From: a virus
Taxonomy: Duplodnaviria; Heunggongvirae; Uroviricota; Caudoviricetes
Strand: one strand, 5' to 3'
Length of the DNA stretch: 64,000 nt
IMG/VR virus record: IMGVR_UViG_3300029267_003506
The position numbers and the translations under genes are program-made. Under the pieces are notes generated by a model. It worked only from the letters and a program-made list of their open reading frames with translations, made no database searches and was not told where the DNA came from. Positions 10,419 to 19,642 of this stretch are shown piece by piece. Position 1 is the first letter of the stretch. Each line of letters opens with the position of its first letter.

Positions 10419-10977
10419 CGCCGATTGCTTTCACTCGGACCTTTACACCGTGGTCCCGAAACACGCTACCCCGCGCTGACAAGTTTCTTTCCGACACCTC
10501 TTCGATGAAATGCCGGGTGTGTAACCTGAACATGACCTCAAACCGGTCTTTTTTCCCCTCGCGCACAACCACGCCGTACAAGTTCTCCAAATAGCCACTG
10601 CGCACCAAAACAATATCCCCGACCGAAACGGGACTGTTATTGCCACACTTGACCCGAGCCGCCCGGTCAAACGTTTCAATGGCATCTTCAGAAACTATGT
10701 CGGGGCTATGGAAAGAAGGGAGAACAAGTTGAATGAGGGACGATGCTTTGAGACGTTGTGCGTGGTGTTCGTAACTGCGGCATTTCACAAAGGCGTAACT
10801 CTCGGAGTACAACTCGTAGGCGTCCTCGTCGAGCCGTTCGCCTATCAAGCGCACATCTTCAAAGTCATCGCCAAATATGAGACCCATCTCGCGCCAGAGA
10901 TGACGCTCGATGTCCTTGATTCCGCGCAATCTCTGGGAATCAAGCAGTAGGCAGTACCAATGCGCCGCTACGCCCAT
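10279..10977 (-). CDS. KOW-motif protein, NusG/Spt5-like
   Basis: VGDIVLVRSGYLENLYGVVVREGKKDRFEVMFRL matches the NusG C-terminal KOW pattern. Confidence 0.5.
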   Translation of the reverse strand: MGVAAHWYCLLLDSQRLRGIKDIERHLWREMGLIFGDDFEDVRLIGERLDEDAYELYSESYAFVKCRSYEHHAQRLKASSLIQLVLPSFHSPDIVSEDAIETFDRAARVKCGNNSPVSVGDIVLVRSGYLENLYGVVVREGKKDRFEVMFRLHTRHFIEEVSERNLSARGSVFRDHGVKVRVKAIGDAVDIRLLSPQVGKGARDSLENKARRTAWRQEKTVGKRELPATATL

Positions 10978-10981
10978 CCAG

Positions 10982-11431
10982 TCACCACCATCGGCATCGA
11001 ATTAAACTCCAAACCTCCCTGATGCTCGATAGCAGTGCCCTGATAAAACGGCGACGCCGGCTCCGGTCTTCCGGCATCTCCTGCAAGCACCAAAGGAGGA
11101 TTGCCAACTTCGGATGTTTCTGACCGCACAACGCGGGGTTCCGAAGTTCCTCGTGGAACTCAGCCCTTACCGAGTCCTCTGTGTGCTTACATTCGTAGCA
11201 TTCGCATTTTTCGGCAGTTTCGTCATCGTTGCAGACGAACAGGAAGCGTTGCCTCCTGGTAACGACTTCTGGGTTCACGCAAAAACCAACCCAGCCGTTC
11301 TTCCTAACACGTTTGACACTATTAAACTTACAATTTCTGTAACCCATAGTCAAGTAAGCATTTTGTCTTTTCTGCAAGACACGCCGATAAAGCATGTCAA
11401 ACTTGTCTCGGATGGTCTGCTCTGGCTGCAT
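10982..11431 (-). CDS. Cys-rich hypothetical protein
   Basis: 149-aa ORF with a CxC...CxxC cluster (CECYECKH). Confidence 0.45.
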   Translation of the reverse strand: MQPEQTIRDKFDMLYRRVLQKRQNAYLTMGYRNCKFNSVKRVRKNGWVGFCVNPEVVTRRQRFLFVCNDDETAEKCECYECKHTEDSVRAEFHEELRNPALCGQKHPKLAILLWCLQEMPEDRSRRRRFIRALLSSIREVWSLIRCRWW

Positions 11432-11433
11432 GC

Positions 11434-12066
11434 CTAACCTCGTTCCATATTTTCGATAAACCTCTGCAGAGCCTTACTCGTCCGGTGAATTTCCAAGAGC
11501 ATTCGGAGGTCGAGTTTTGCCTTCTTGCACTCGCCACCCGTTGGCCACCTGCCCAGTTTATCTCGCAATCTCACGTAATGCTCCAGGGTCTTCCAAGCCG
11601 ACCACCTTTCAGCGCAGTAAACGGCATTTGACCATCTGCCAAATTGATAACGCAGCCGGCTGATAGACGGCACAACCTCCGGACGCACCTGTCGCGCTCT
11701 TTCGTAGTCCTTTTGTCGCCATAGTTGAAACTGCACAATGACTTCCATGATATATTTCGCGTCATTCGGTGGCTCGTGCAAAAAGGGGTCTACTGCCTCC
11801 CTTCCGTATGCCATCTCCTTGAAAGCATTCCAAGAACCAAACACCTGCTTGAAAATGTAAAACGTTGGGTCGCCTTTCTCGCGCACAGCATCGAGTTGGC
11901 GCGTTGTTTTGATGTTGCGTTCTTTTGCCCACTCCAGCAACTCCTCTTGTGTATATTCGCGACGTGCCGCCGGTCGATATCGCTTGTGGCGTCTCACGTC
12001 GATACGCAGTCGCCGACGCTGCTCTGCCGGCATTTTGAGTATTTCCGTCAGAAACTTGTTCTTCAC
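11434..12066 (-). CDS. hypothetical protein
   Basis: 210-aa ORF tightly packed against its neighbours. Confidence 0.5.
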   Translation of the reverse strand: MKNKFLTEILKMPAEQRRRLRIDVRRHKRYRPAARREYTQEELLEWAKERNIKTTRQLDAVREKGDPTFYIFKQVFGSWNAFKEMAYGREAVDPFLHEPPNDAKYIMEVIVQFQLWRQKDYERARQVRPEVVPSISRLRYQFGRWSNAVYCAERWSAWKTLEHYVRLRDKLGRWPTGGECKKAKLDLRMLLEIHRTSKALQRFIENMERG

Positions 12067-12557
12067 GCGGTAGCCCCGGCAGCAACCCCCGCTGTCGTCA
12101 CCGCGCGCTTAGGAGTGCTGCTCTTTTTCTTCTCCAAGGGGTCTTTGGCTTCCGGATTCTCCATCCAGTTTGGCACCCCTCCGGCGGCTGCGAATTCTTC
12201 CGCAAACAACTCGTAGTCAGGCTTTTTGACCTTACCGTATTCCCTACTTTCCTTGTCAAATGCGCCTTCTGGAATAGCACACATCGTATGAAAAACAGCC
12301 AAATGACGTTGGGTTGGCGTCATCTCATTCCAAGTCGCGTCAGCCACCTGGATGATGTAAACCTTGTCAACCAGCATGTCAAACGGGTCGCGAACGGGCT
12401 TAATCTTCAAAGGACGACGCGTATCCTCTTTGCCTTTGTAGTGGAAGCACACTATCTCGTTGACGTCGAACCCCTCGAAGACCTCCGGATACGCCCGCAG
12501 GTGTTTCTCCATGATGTCAGCGACAGCAGGACTTACGAACCGCTCAGGTGTTGCCAT
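12063..12557 (-). CDS. hypothetical protein
   Basis: 164-aa ORF with a 4-nt overlap with the upstream gene. Confidence 0.5.
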   Translation of the reverse strand: MATPERFVSPAVADIMEKHLRAYPEVFEGFDVNEIVCFHYKGKEDTRRPLKIKPVRDPFDMLVDKVYIIQVADATWNEMTPTQRHLAVFHTMCAIPEGAFDKESREYGKVKKPDYELFAEEFAAAGGVPNWMENPEAKDPLEKKKSSTPKRAVTTAGVAAGATA

Positions 12558-12570
12558 TCCTTTTCTCCTC

Positions 12571-12972
12571 TTAACTGGTCACTTCGTTGTCGGCATCTTC
12601 GGGCTGCACGGTGCCGCTCTCGTCGCCCGTCATAGTAGTGGAGTCTGCGCTACTGACCGCGTTATCCTTTCTTCCCAGTCCCTTGGGCAACTCCAACACG
12701 AGACCTTCTTCCTGCTTCATCACATCGCTAAGGCTTACCAACACGACACTGTAAGGCGGCGATGCATCAAGGCTTATTTTAACCACCTTTTCATCGTGGC
12801 AACCTTCAGCCTGGGCAGCAACAATGACTCCGCGTATTTTATTGCGAATTTGATTGGCAATCGAAGGTAACTCTTGCGGGGTCGGGATGGACTTCACCGT
12901 TATGTAATCGTCGTATTCCTCGCCCGCGTGAGCCCCAATTGTCTCCTCAGTCGCAACCAACAGCGTTCTCAT
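12571..12972 (-). CDS. hypothetical protein
   Basis: 133-aa ORF. Confidence 0.45.
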   Translation of the reverse strand: MRTLLVATEETIGAHAGEEYDDYITVKSIPTPQELPSIANQIRNKIRGVIVAAQAEGCHDEKVVKISLDASPPYSVVLVSLSDVMKQEEGLVLELPKGLGRKDNAVSSADSTTMTGDESGTVQPEDADNEVTS

Positions 12973-12993
12973 CTTGCCTCCCCATGATCAATC

Positions 12994-14307
12994 TCAGGCA
13001 ACTTTTGCCTTATTATCTTCAATCTTGATGTATCTTCCCCACTTGTAAGGAAACCGGTCACGCGTCAGTTCGGTAGTCAGCACCCACAAGATAGGAATAT
13101 TATACCGCCTGTCGATGTGAGGCGCATAAAAATCGGTGAAATAAATAAGCGCGTCGTATTTTCCTTCTGTTTCCTTCAAGACCGGTTCCAAGTCCGTACC
13201 GCCGCGACCATGTATCTCTCCGGTGAACTTACCCTTGAATTTGTAGACCGCCTGGATATCGGCGTCGGCTTCGTAGACGGTCACAATAGAACCATTGCGC
13301 CATATCCAGCGAACCTCATTAAAGAACAACACCAACTGCGAATCGCTAATTGACCCGCTTGTATCGACGGCTACGGCAAGGTTGAGCACGTCTTCTTTTC
13401 GCGTGCCCGGTCGCGTACCGAAACGCTTACTTACGCGTTTCATCGTGTAATCCAAACTTGATTCCGTAGCACTCGCGGCGAAGTTCCGGAGCACCTTATT
13501 CCAGGGGACAATGGGTCGTCTTTTCTTGAACAAATCCTCTATCTGCTCGATTACCGCCCCTGGTATGTCACCGTACTCCTTACCAACGAGTTCCCGGGCT
13601 TTGCTGACGAGGTCTTTGCAAAATTCCTTCAGCAATGGGTCCTGCGCCGCTCGGTCCCACATTTCATGCGACCCAGACATATCCAGATCACCACCTTTTC
13701 CCTGTTTTCCACCTTTTCCCTGTTCTTCCTGTTTTCCCTGTTTTCCGCCTATTCCCTGTTTTCCGCCTTTTCCTTTGCTTTGTTGTTTTTGATTTCCCAT
13801 ATGAACGGCCAGTGTTTCATCCGCCAACTGCTTTTGGTAGTGCTCATTATCCACCAAGTGCGTGTAGTACCACATGGCGCTTTTGCCCTGCGCAAGGTTG
13901 TAGTCATTCGGAAAACAACAACCAGGAGGGAGGTGCTGCTCAGGAAGGTAGGAATTGACCGCCAAATCCACAGCCACAGCGCCGCGTGTTTTATCGTAGA
14001 ATTGGAGACTCAGGTGGTCAAAGACAATGTGTAAAACCTCGTGCTCCAGGATACAGCCTAGCCATTGTCTGGCCTGCTCGCTGTTTGCGGCTCTTTTCCA
14101 AATTTCCCGCACGAACTGCTCGTTTACACAAAGTTTTATCAAGAGATCATTGGCTTCCTTCCCGACTCCCATGGTCGGTATTCCCCATTTTTCGGCATTA
14201 TACACTTTGGGTATCTGTTGAAGTATGTGCCCGTAAAACAACTTGTGCCGAATCAAATCGACCGAGCCCCGCATCACCTCTCTTTTCACGTTAATATCGG
14301 GCATCAT
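12994..14307 (-). CDS. zincin-like (HEVLH) N-domain plus von Willebrand factor A domain protein (DUF2201-like architecture)
   Basis: HExxH motif (ILEHEVLHIVFDH). vWA MIDAS motif DxSGS (VAVDTSGSISDS). Gly/Lys/Gln-rich low-complexity linker between the two domains. Confidence 0.7.
   Translation of the reverse strand: MMPDINVKREVMRGSVDLIRHKLFYGHILQQIPKVYNAEKWGIPTMGVGKEANDLLIKLCVNEQFVREIWKRAANSEQARQWLGCILEHEVLHIVFDHLSLQFYDKTRGAVAVDLAVNSYLPEQHLPPGCCFPNDYNLAQGKSAMWYYTHLVDNEHYQKQLADETLAVHMGNQKQQSKGKGGKQGIGGKQGKQEEQGKGGKQGKGGDLDMSGSHEMWDRAAQDPLLKEFCKDLVSKARELVGKEYGDIPGAVIEQIEDLFKKRRPIVPWNKVLRNFAASATESSLDYTMKRVSKRFGTRPGTRKEDVLNLAVAVDTSGSISDSQLVLFFNEVRWIWRNGSIVTVYEADADIQAVYKFKGKFTGEIHGRGGTDLEPVLKETEGKYDALIYFTDFYAPHIDRRYNIPILWVLTTELTRDRFPYKWGRYIKIEDNKAKVA
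13686..13800. repeat. degenerate tandem repeats (CCTGTTTTCC-like) encoding the GKQGKGG linker
   Basis: Periodic CCCTGTTTTCC/ACCTTTTCC units inside vWA gene 12994..14307. Confidence 0.6.
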
Positions 14308-14316
14308 GGTCTCCCA

Positions 14317-14640
14317 CTATTCACTCGGTAGCACGATACACTGTCTGCCCTCTTCTTGACGGTGCATCTCGCTACATCGCTCTCTGATAATGTGAGCCAA
14401 CCTGTCATCGGGCTCCCGCATCGCCATCACACCAAGTTCGCTTGGCTTAAGGTTCTGGATAAGAAACAGGCGATGTCCCACTTTCATCTTCTCGCGAATG
14501 AAGGTAGACAACATTGACTCTACAAACCCATACGACCGCACGACATCCCCAAAATCTGCCGCCTCCCTCAACTCAGAATGGGAAAAAGTCTTACCAAATA
14601 TCTCCGTCCAATCTTCGCCCTCATCTGCTGGGTGACGCAT
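14317..14640 (-). CDS. hypothetical protein
   Basis: 107-aa ORF 20 nt downstream of the TGGTATAATG element at 14660. Confidence 0.5.
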   Translation of the reverse strand: MRHPADEGEDWTEIFGKTFSHSELREAADFGDVVRSYGFVESMLSTFIREKMKVGHRLFLIQNLKPSELGVMAMREPDDRLAHIIRERCSEMHRQEEGRQCIVLPSE

Positions 14641-14659
14641 TTTTTGTCCTCCACAGATG

Positions 14660-14669
14660 CATTATACCA
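14660..14669 (-). promoter_or_regulatory. sigma70-type extended -10 element TGGTATAATG
   Basis: Reverse complement of cattatacca. Sits 20 nt upstream of the start of gene 14317..14640 and just after a bidirectional terminator. Confidence 0.55.
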
Positions 14670-14686
14670 ATTGCTCCCCGAAATTC

Positions 14687-14720
14687 GTGAAAAAAGGCCG
14701 CCCGAAAGCGGCCTTTGTTG
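14687..14720. terminator. bidirectional intrinsic terminator
   Basis: GGCCGC-CCGAAA-GCGGCC stem-loop flanked by A6 on one side and TTTGTTG on the other. Confidence 0.6.
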
Positions 14721-14742
14721 AAAATTCTTCGAAAAATATCCC

Positions 14743-15810
14743 TTAACCAACGGGAAGCCCCTCTAGCATCCCCTCGCTGCTGCAGTTGAATTCCTTGATG
14801 CCGCCCTTTTTCACGATTTTCCTGAACTCCTCCTCGAAACAGAAGTAGAGACGAATAACGGCAGAGGGTCTTTCCTGCCAACCCTCCAAACCCAGGCTGT
14901 CGACCATCAATCCTTGACGAATCTTTGCGCCTGCTCCGATGCTTACCGACGCAGAACGCTTTTCGTTCGTGCTGCAACTTATGCTGCTTGTCCTGACGAG
15001 GTCGCTGTCCTGTGCCCCCGCCAAACTCTGTGCCGTGAAACTGGCAACGCCCATATCAACCGTTTGCGAGTACACATCCGGCTGCCTGTGGGAATACTTG
15101 ACGGAGGAACCGACATAATTGACTTCGTGGGGTACGAAAGACTTTTTCCAGCCAACACCCCTGGTCATACGAGGCGGCGGTGTACGGGGATTTTTGGGGC
15201 AGTAGAAGGCAAAACCAAAAGCAGGGACTGTGTTCTCTTTGCCAATCAATGCCGAAGCGATATCGCGCCTGTCTTCGTCTGTGAAGAAAAACTGGCGAAC
15301 GGTGCCATCCGGTTGCCTGAAACCATCCCACCACATCGTTGATTCGTAGGTGATATATCCTTGCGGTGGCCATTCCCAACCACATTCTTCGCAAAAACGA
15401 CCACCACCCTTGAATCGGGTGCCGTGCTTGGGACATTTTTCCACGTAACTTTCGAGGTACATTCCATCCAGCGGCATCCCAGTCAACGGATTCATTCCTT
15501 TGACTGAGGGAACAACTGCCGTGTTCATGTCCCTCTCGGCACCATTTCTCCAGTCGAACCAGATTCCTGTTCCCGTCTCCACAGGAACAACGTAGGAACC
15601 CCTCCCGCGCACCCAGGACTCCGGCACTCCCGGCAGACAGTCCACCTGCACAACTTCGGCAGCCCTCCCTGGTGGTAATCCGTGAGTAGATTTCCCTTCT
15701 AGTCTCTCGGCAAACATGATCTTTGCCACAAACCCGTCCAAGCGCATCTCACGCATCACAACATCTTTGCAGTCCTCAACCCACGGAAGAGGCTTATCCC
15801 ATGCTACCAT
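14743..15810 (-). CDS. hypothetical protein with Zn-ribbon (CPKHG...CEECGWEW)
   Basis: 355-aa ORF. Confidence 0.5.
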   Translation of the reverse strand: MVAWDKPLPWVEDCKDVVMREMRLDGFVAKIMFAERLEGKSTHGLPPGRAAEVVQVDCLPGVPESWVRGRGSYVVPVETGTGIWFDWRNGAERDMNTAVVPSVKGMNPLTGMPLDGMYLESYVEKCPKHGTRFKGGGRFCEECGWEWPPQGYITYESTMWWDGFRQPDGTVRQFFFTDEDRRDIASALIGKENTVPAFGFAFYCPKNPRTPPPRMTRGVGWKKSFVPHEVNYVGSSVKYSHRQPDVYSQTVDMGVASFTAQSLAGAQDSDLVRTSSISCSTNEKRSASVSIGAGAKIRQGLMVDSLGLEGWQERPSAVIRLYFCFEEEFRKIVKKGGIKEFNCSSEGMLEGLPVG

Positions 15811-15849
15811 TTTCGCTCCTTTCGGTCAGTTGCGCTGGTCATTCAGTCG

Positions 15850-16812
15850 TTAAAAGCGCCTCTTTCCGAAGGGGTCGGCAGAATTAGCCTGGTTCGGCTC
15901 CGATAGGCGGACTTTGAGATTTGGCAGATTGTCCGCTTCTTTGCGCTCCTGAAAAATGAGTGCGACATGCGGATAATCACGAGACAGACCCGACAAACCC
16001 TCTCCGCGCGCCGTGGCTATGAATTGGCGAATGTCAGGCTTGCTTTGTCCGGCTTCGCCTTCCTCCTGGGCAATTCGCGCAAACTGCATACATTCGTAGT
16101 CCACGCCTTCCCACGTCATCTTTGACTCGTCACAGTAACCATCCGTGAGAATGACATCGTGAAAAGGACACCGGAGGTCCAAGACACCTGGAAACTCCCC
16201 GGCACGATACAGCCGTTTCAGGCTATCGGACACCTGATACATGACCGGCATCTCACGCCGGCGCGTCTCACGGAGCATTCGGCAGCTTGTCTCTACGTCC
16301 ACACTCCCGTCCTGATTGAAAACCAAGAACGGACGGTTTTGACTCCGCTTTCTTAGGGCATCCACAATAGTAAGTTCGCAGTCAAAACCATAGGCTGCTA
16401 CGAGTTCTGTGTCTCTCCAATGCTCGATTGGACGAGTCTTACCCAACGCCTCAAGGAGGGCATCTGAGACATCGGATGCCCTCTCAGGCTCATGCTTCGC
16501 CTCGCCGCCACGAAGAATTGACCACATGCGCTTGAATCGCACAGGTGGGACGTTAGGGTCGCCATTCTCGCAAAAGGTACGCCGAACCTCTCCCTCCTGG
16601 CAATCATCCGACATCAGGAGATCATGTGAATTCTCGTCTTGATAAATGCCAAGTTGTGCCAAACGCGCCCAGACGTATGCCTGTGTGCGCTCAGCCAGGG
16701 TGCCGTCAGTATCGAGTGCATCGCAAAAGCCAGGAATGCTCTCTAAAACCTTCGCGGCTTCGACAACCTTTTCATTCAACGAGTCAAGAGTGGGTACAGT
16801 GTCGCTAGGCAT
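15850..16812 (-). CDS. hypothetical protein
   Basis: ATG at 16812 with RBS GAGAGGAAAAAA. The ORF track extends to 16830 through a GTG. A long 5' leader follows a sigma70-like promoter. Confidence 0.5.
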   Translation of the reverse strand: MPSDTVPTLDSLNEKVVEAAKVLESIPGFCDALDTDGTLAERTQAYVWARLAQLGIYQDENSHDLLMSDDCQEGEVRRTFCENGDPNVPPVRFKRMWSILRGGEAKHEPERASDVSDALLEALGKTRPIEHWRDTELVAAYGFDCELTIVDALRKRSQNRPFLVFNQDGSVDVETSCRMLRETRRREMPVMYQVSDSLKRLYRAGEFPGVLDLRCPFHDVILTDGYCDESKMTWEGVDYECMQFARIAQEEGEAGQSKPDIRQFIATARGEGLSGLSRDYPHVALIFQERKEADNLPNLKVRLSEPNQANSADPFGKRRF

Positions 16813-16837
16813 GATTTTTTCCTCTCTCACACGCTAC

Positions 16838-16940
16838 TTGCTTTCTCAACCGCCCTTTGCGGATGATTTCGCAGAGTAGTATTACCTGCCTGCTTTCTCA
16901 AACGCATCCTTTGCGAATGATTTCACACGGCAGTACCGCG
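16838..16940. repeat. two about 50-bp imperfect direct repeats in a 5' leader
   Basis: TGCTTTCTCAACCGCCCTTTGCGGATGATTTCGCAGAG... versus TGCTTTCTCAAACGCATCCTTTGCGAATGATTTCACACGG... Confidence 0.6.
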
Positions 16941-17005
16941 CACCACAATTTCAGGTCATCTTTCTCCCTCCTTAAAATGACAACGTCTCATCAAAATTCA
17001 GCACC

Positions 17006-17034
17006 GAGTCTCCCGCATTATACCACCTGGCTAC
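17006..17034 (-). promoter_or_regulatory. sigma70-type promoter: -35 TTGATT, 16-nt spacer, extended -10 TGGTATAAT
   Basis: -10 at 17007..17012 and -35 at 17029..17034. Drives the about 190-nt leader of gene 15850..16812. Confidence 0.6.
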
Positions 17035-17040
17035 CTTAAA

Positions 17041-17086
17041 TCAAACAAAAATCTCGGCTGCCCCACAAAAAAGTGAAGCAGCCGAG
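17041..17086 (-). terminator. intrinsic terminator (minus strand)
   Basis: CTCGGCTGC...GCAGCCGAG 9-bp stem. A U-tract (ATTTTTGTTTGA) follows on the minus strand, after gene 17096..17473. Confidence 0.55.
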
Positions 17087-17095
17087 ACAGGTTCC

Positions 17096-17473
17096 TTAAT
17101 CACTCGGAACGGGAGCAACAGTTTCCGCACTCGGTTCGGCAGGCAGCGCAGTTTCTTCGGGAAGTGGGGGCAAAGCAATCTTGAACAACAAGGCGATTCT
17201 TTCCGCCTCCGCTCTTACGTTGCCCAGCGCTTCTTCGGTTTTCTTGAGATTCTCCTCCTGCTTCGGGCTCAGGTCGGGCAACGTCGCCTTGAGTTGCGCC
17301 ACGCTTTTCTCCCCGAGCGCAGCAACGACGTAGGCTTCCTGCACTGCGTCCGTCACAGCGTCTTTTGGGTTCTCGTCAAAACCGAAGATGTATCCAACGG
17401 CGACTACCAGGACGATGATTGCCCCCGAACCAAATCCCTTCAGAAATCCTCCGGGCTTTCCTGTTTCAGTCAT
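17096..17473 (-). CDS. small membrane protein
   Basis: Start MTETGKPGG at 17473. One hydrophobic helix (GSGAIIVLVVAVGYIFGF). Confidence 0.45.
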   Translation of the reverse strand: MTETGKPGGFLKGFGSGAIIVLVVAVGYIFGFDENPKDAVTDAVQEAYVVAALGEKSVAQLKATLPDLSPKQEENLKKTEEALGNVRAEAERIALLFKIALPPLPEETALPAEPSAETVAPVPSD

Positions 17474-18275
17474 TTTCTTCCTCCTTTGCAACGTACTCCT
17501 CGCAAACAAATGACAAGGCTTCAGCGTTTGTCTTGAACCCGTATTTTTCCTTTGCCACGGTAATAGCCGATAAAACATGTTCGCGCTGTTGTACCGTTAC
17601 AGCATAGGAAATAGGGAAAAGTTGTTCGCTAGGCATTTCCGATTCATCCACCGGAGGCGTTGGCGGCTCTACCACATCCCCGTCCACAACGTCACCAACA
17701 CCGTCTGCCTCATCGCTGGTGTGTATTGCCTGGCTACCTGGTTCCCCTTTGAACTTATTGGAAACCGGGGCATCTTCGCCAGCCGCTTCTTCATTTTTCG
17801 CGGGTTTCCTTGGCGGTTCGGCTTCGCTATCCAGAAAACTCAAGTCAGCGTCGATATCCTCGAATCCTAAACTCTCAAAGCGTACCGAATCTTCTGTTTT
17901 GATACTAGCCAGGAGGTCATCCAATTCTTCCTGGATGAAGTCTCCTTGTGCCTCACGGTTGTTTAAGGCGACATTCAGCGCCTTTTCGGCAACAGAATTC
18001 GGCTCCAACGAAACCCAGGTAACATCTGCGCCACACACCCAGTCTTGCCCGAGAGCCTTCAGCGCCTTTAGTCGTTGGTGACCTCCCACAACACGGTTGC
18101 CCATGCGATTTACCGTCACCGTCATAGCCAACCGAAACCCCTCGTCGCGTTCTTCTTCTGTAAATGCGTTGCTTCCTTCTCTCACTGATGCTTTAAGGTT
18201 CTCAAGGTTCCGCGAACTGATTTTTCGCGGGTTGTATGGCAGTTCATTAAGACTGTCAATTTGTACTCTGTCCAC
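17466..18275 (-). CDS. ParB-like nuclease domain protein
   Basis: LPYNPRKISSRNLENLKASVREGSN...VVGGHQRLKALKALG resembles the ParB/Srx N-terminal fold. Confidence 0.55.
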   Translation of the reverse strand: MDRVQIDSLNELPYNPRKISSRNLENLKASVREGSNAFTEEERDEGFRLAMTVTVNRMGNRVVGGHQRLKALKALGQDWVCGADVTWVSLEPNSVAEKALNVALNNREAQGDFIQEELDDLLASIKTEDSVRFESLGFEDIDADLSFLDSEAEPPRKPAKNEEAAGEDAPVSNKFKGEPGSQAIHTSDEADGVGDVVDGDVVEPPTPPVDESEMPSEQLFPISYAVTVQQREHVLSAITVAKEKYGFKTNAEALSFVCEEYVAKEEEND

Positions 18276-18301
18276 CCCCGCCTCCTTGCTGTCGTGCTCT
18301 C

Positions 18302-19642
18302 TTAGTCAAACATTTCTAAGATCAACCCGCGCAATGCTGAATTATTGAGAAGCCACTTCTGATTTCTACCGTCCGCATCTGCACGCCTGGAGAGACGATT
18401 GCAAAGCGCATGACGACAATCTTCAGGGATGTGCTGGTTGGTGATAAACCTCTGAAAATTCTCAATGCGTTCGGGAGTTTGCTTGGTGCTTGGGTCAACC
18501 ATGGTCCCGAACAAGCGCTCTATCATGACACCGAGAATGTCACTACGCGGTTCGTGTTTGTCGCTGGACATCAGTTCACACAACCGTGCGGCTACGTCCG
18601 TCCGACCATCCAAAATATCTTCGGGCTCGACTATGTCCTCCATCTTGCGAGTGCAGAAGACGATAAAAGCGGTGACAGTTTCTTCGTCCAACAACGAATG
18701 AGCATGGAGCATTGCCTGCTTCCGAGCGTCCTCGTTCTGAAGGTTGCCAATGGCTGTCAGTTTCCGAAAGAAATGAGAAAGCGTCCGCAGATTCGTCCGT
18801 TCCTTGCCGTGCATCATTTCGGGCTGATATAACACCCACGAAATCCCGCGATGGTCAAGTTTTTGCTTCGCTGCCCACTCTGCCCACAGTTTGGCATCTT
18901 CAACCAGCGTGACGTGCTCGATGCGCGTTAGAATGGCTTTGTCAATGGTTGTGACCAGGTAATTCTGTTCGTCCGGGTTGCCAGTCAAAACAATATTGCA
19001 GCCCGCCGGGAGCGACCACGATACCATGCCGTAGTTTTGCAGAAGTTGCATGATACCCTTGATGATGCGAATGCTGGCGCGATTCCAGTCATCCAACAGC
19101 AAAATCGCAGGTCCTGGTTTCAAAGGAACCCAGTCAGGAGGAGCCATGATGGTACGGGGCTGAATGCTGGTGTCTACTTCCCAGCCGTCGTCTCGGAACG
19201 CCGCAATGGTCATCTCGTTCTGCGGCACCCATTGTTCTTCGCTCTCGGAATCGCCGTCTCGTCTCCGGCGCATCATGAGGCTATCCATAGGAATGCCGTG
19301 AAGGTCGCCCATCTCCTCGAACTGCGCAATCGGAACGTCATGCACGTCCCATCCAGGGTATTGTTTTCCACGCCATTCTACCGGCGTTTCGCGGAGTTGC
19401 TTGATAATTGAGGTCTTGCCCGTCCCTGGATGTCCCCACACACACTGAGCAATGCGCGGATTGCCGGCTTCTTCTTCGATGTCGTTAAAGCGAAAATTCG
19501 TAGTCAGAAAGTCAACAAGCCTATCCGCCTTGACCTGTAGACCATAGCAGCCTTCGTAGGTGCGCTCGTACTCGTTGAGCCGCTTGTCGTCGTTCGTTCC
19601 CATTCCCTTCCTTTCATTCACTTTCCGGTTGTTACCACTCAA
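18302..19642 (-). CDS. AAA+ ATPase, MoxR/CobS-like
   Basis: Walker A VWGHPGTGKTSI. Walker B ILLLDDWNR. Confidence 0.65.
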   Translation of the reverse strand: MSGNNRKVNERKGMGTNDDKRLNEYERTYEGCYGLQVKADRLVDFLTTNFRFNDIEEEAGNPRIAQCVWGHPGTGKTSIIKQLRETPVEWRGKQYPGWDVHDVPIAQFEEMGDLHGIPMDSLMMRRRRDGDSESEEQWVPQNEMTIAAFRDDGWEVDTSIQPRTIMAPPDWVPLKPGPAILLLDDWNRASIRIIKGIMQLLQNYGMVSWSLPAGCNIVLTGNPDEQNYLVTTIDKAILTRIEHVTLVEDAKLWAEWAAKQKLDHRGISWVLYQPEMMHGKERTNLRTLSHFFRKLTAIGNLQNEDARKQAMLHAHSLLDEETVTAFIVFCTRKMEDIVEPEDILDGRTDVAARLCELMSSDKHEPRSDILGVMIERLFGTMVDPSTKQTPERIENFQRFITNQHIPEDCRHALCNRLSRRADADGRNQKWLLNNSALRGLILEMFD

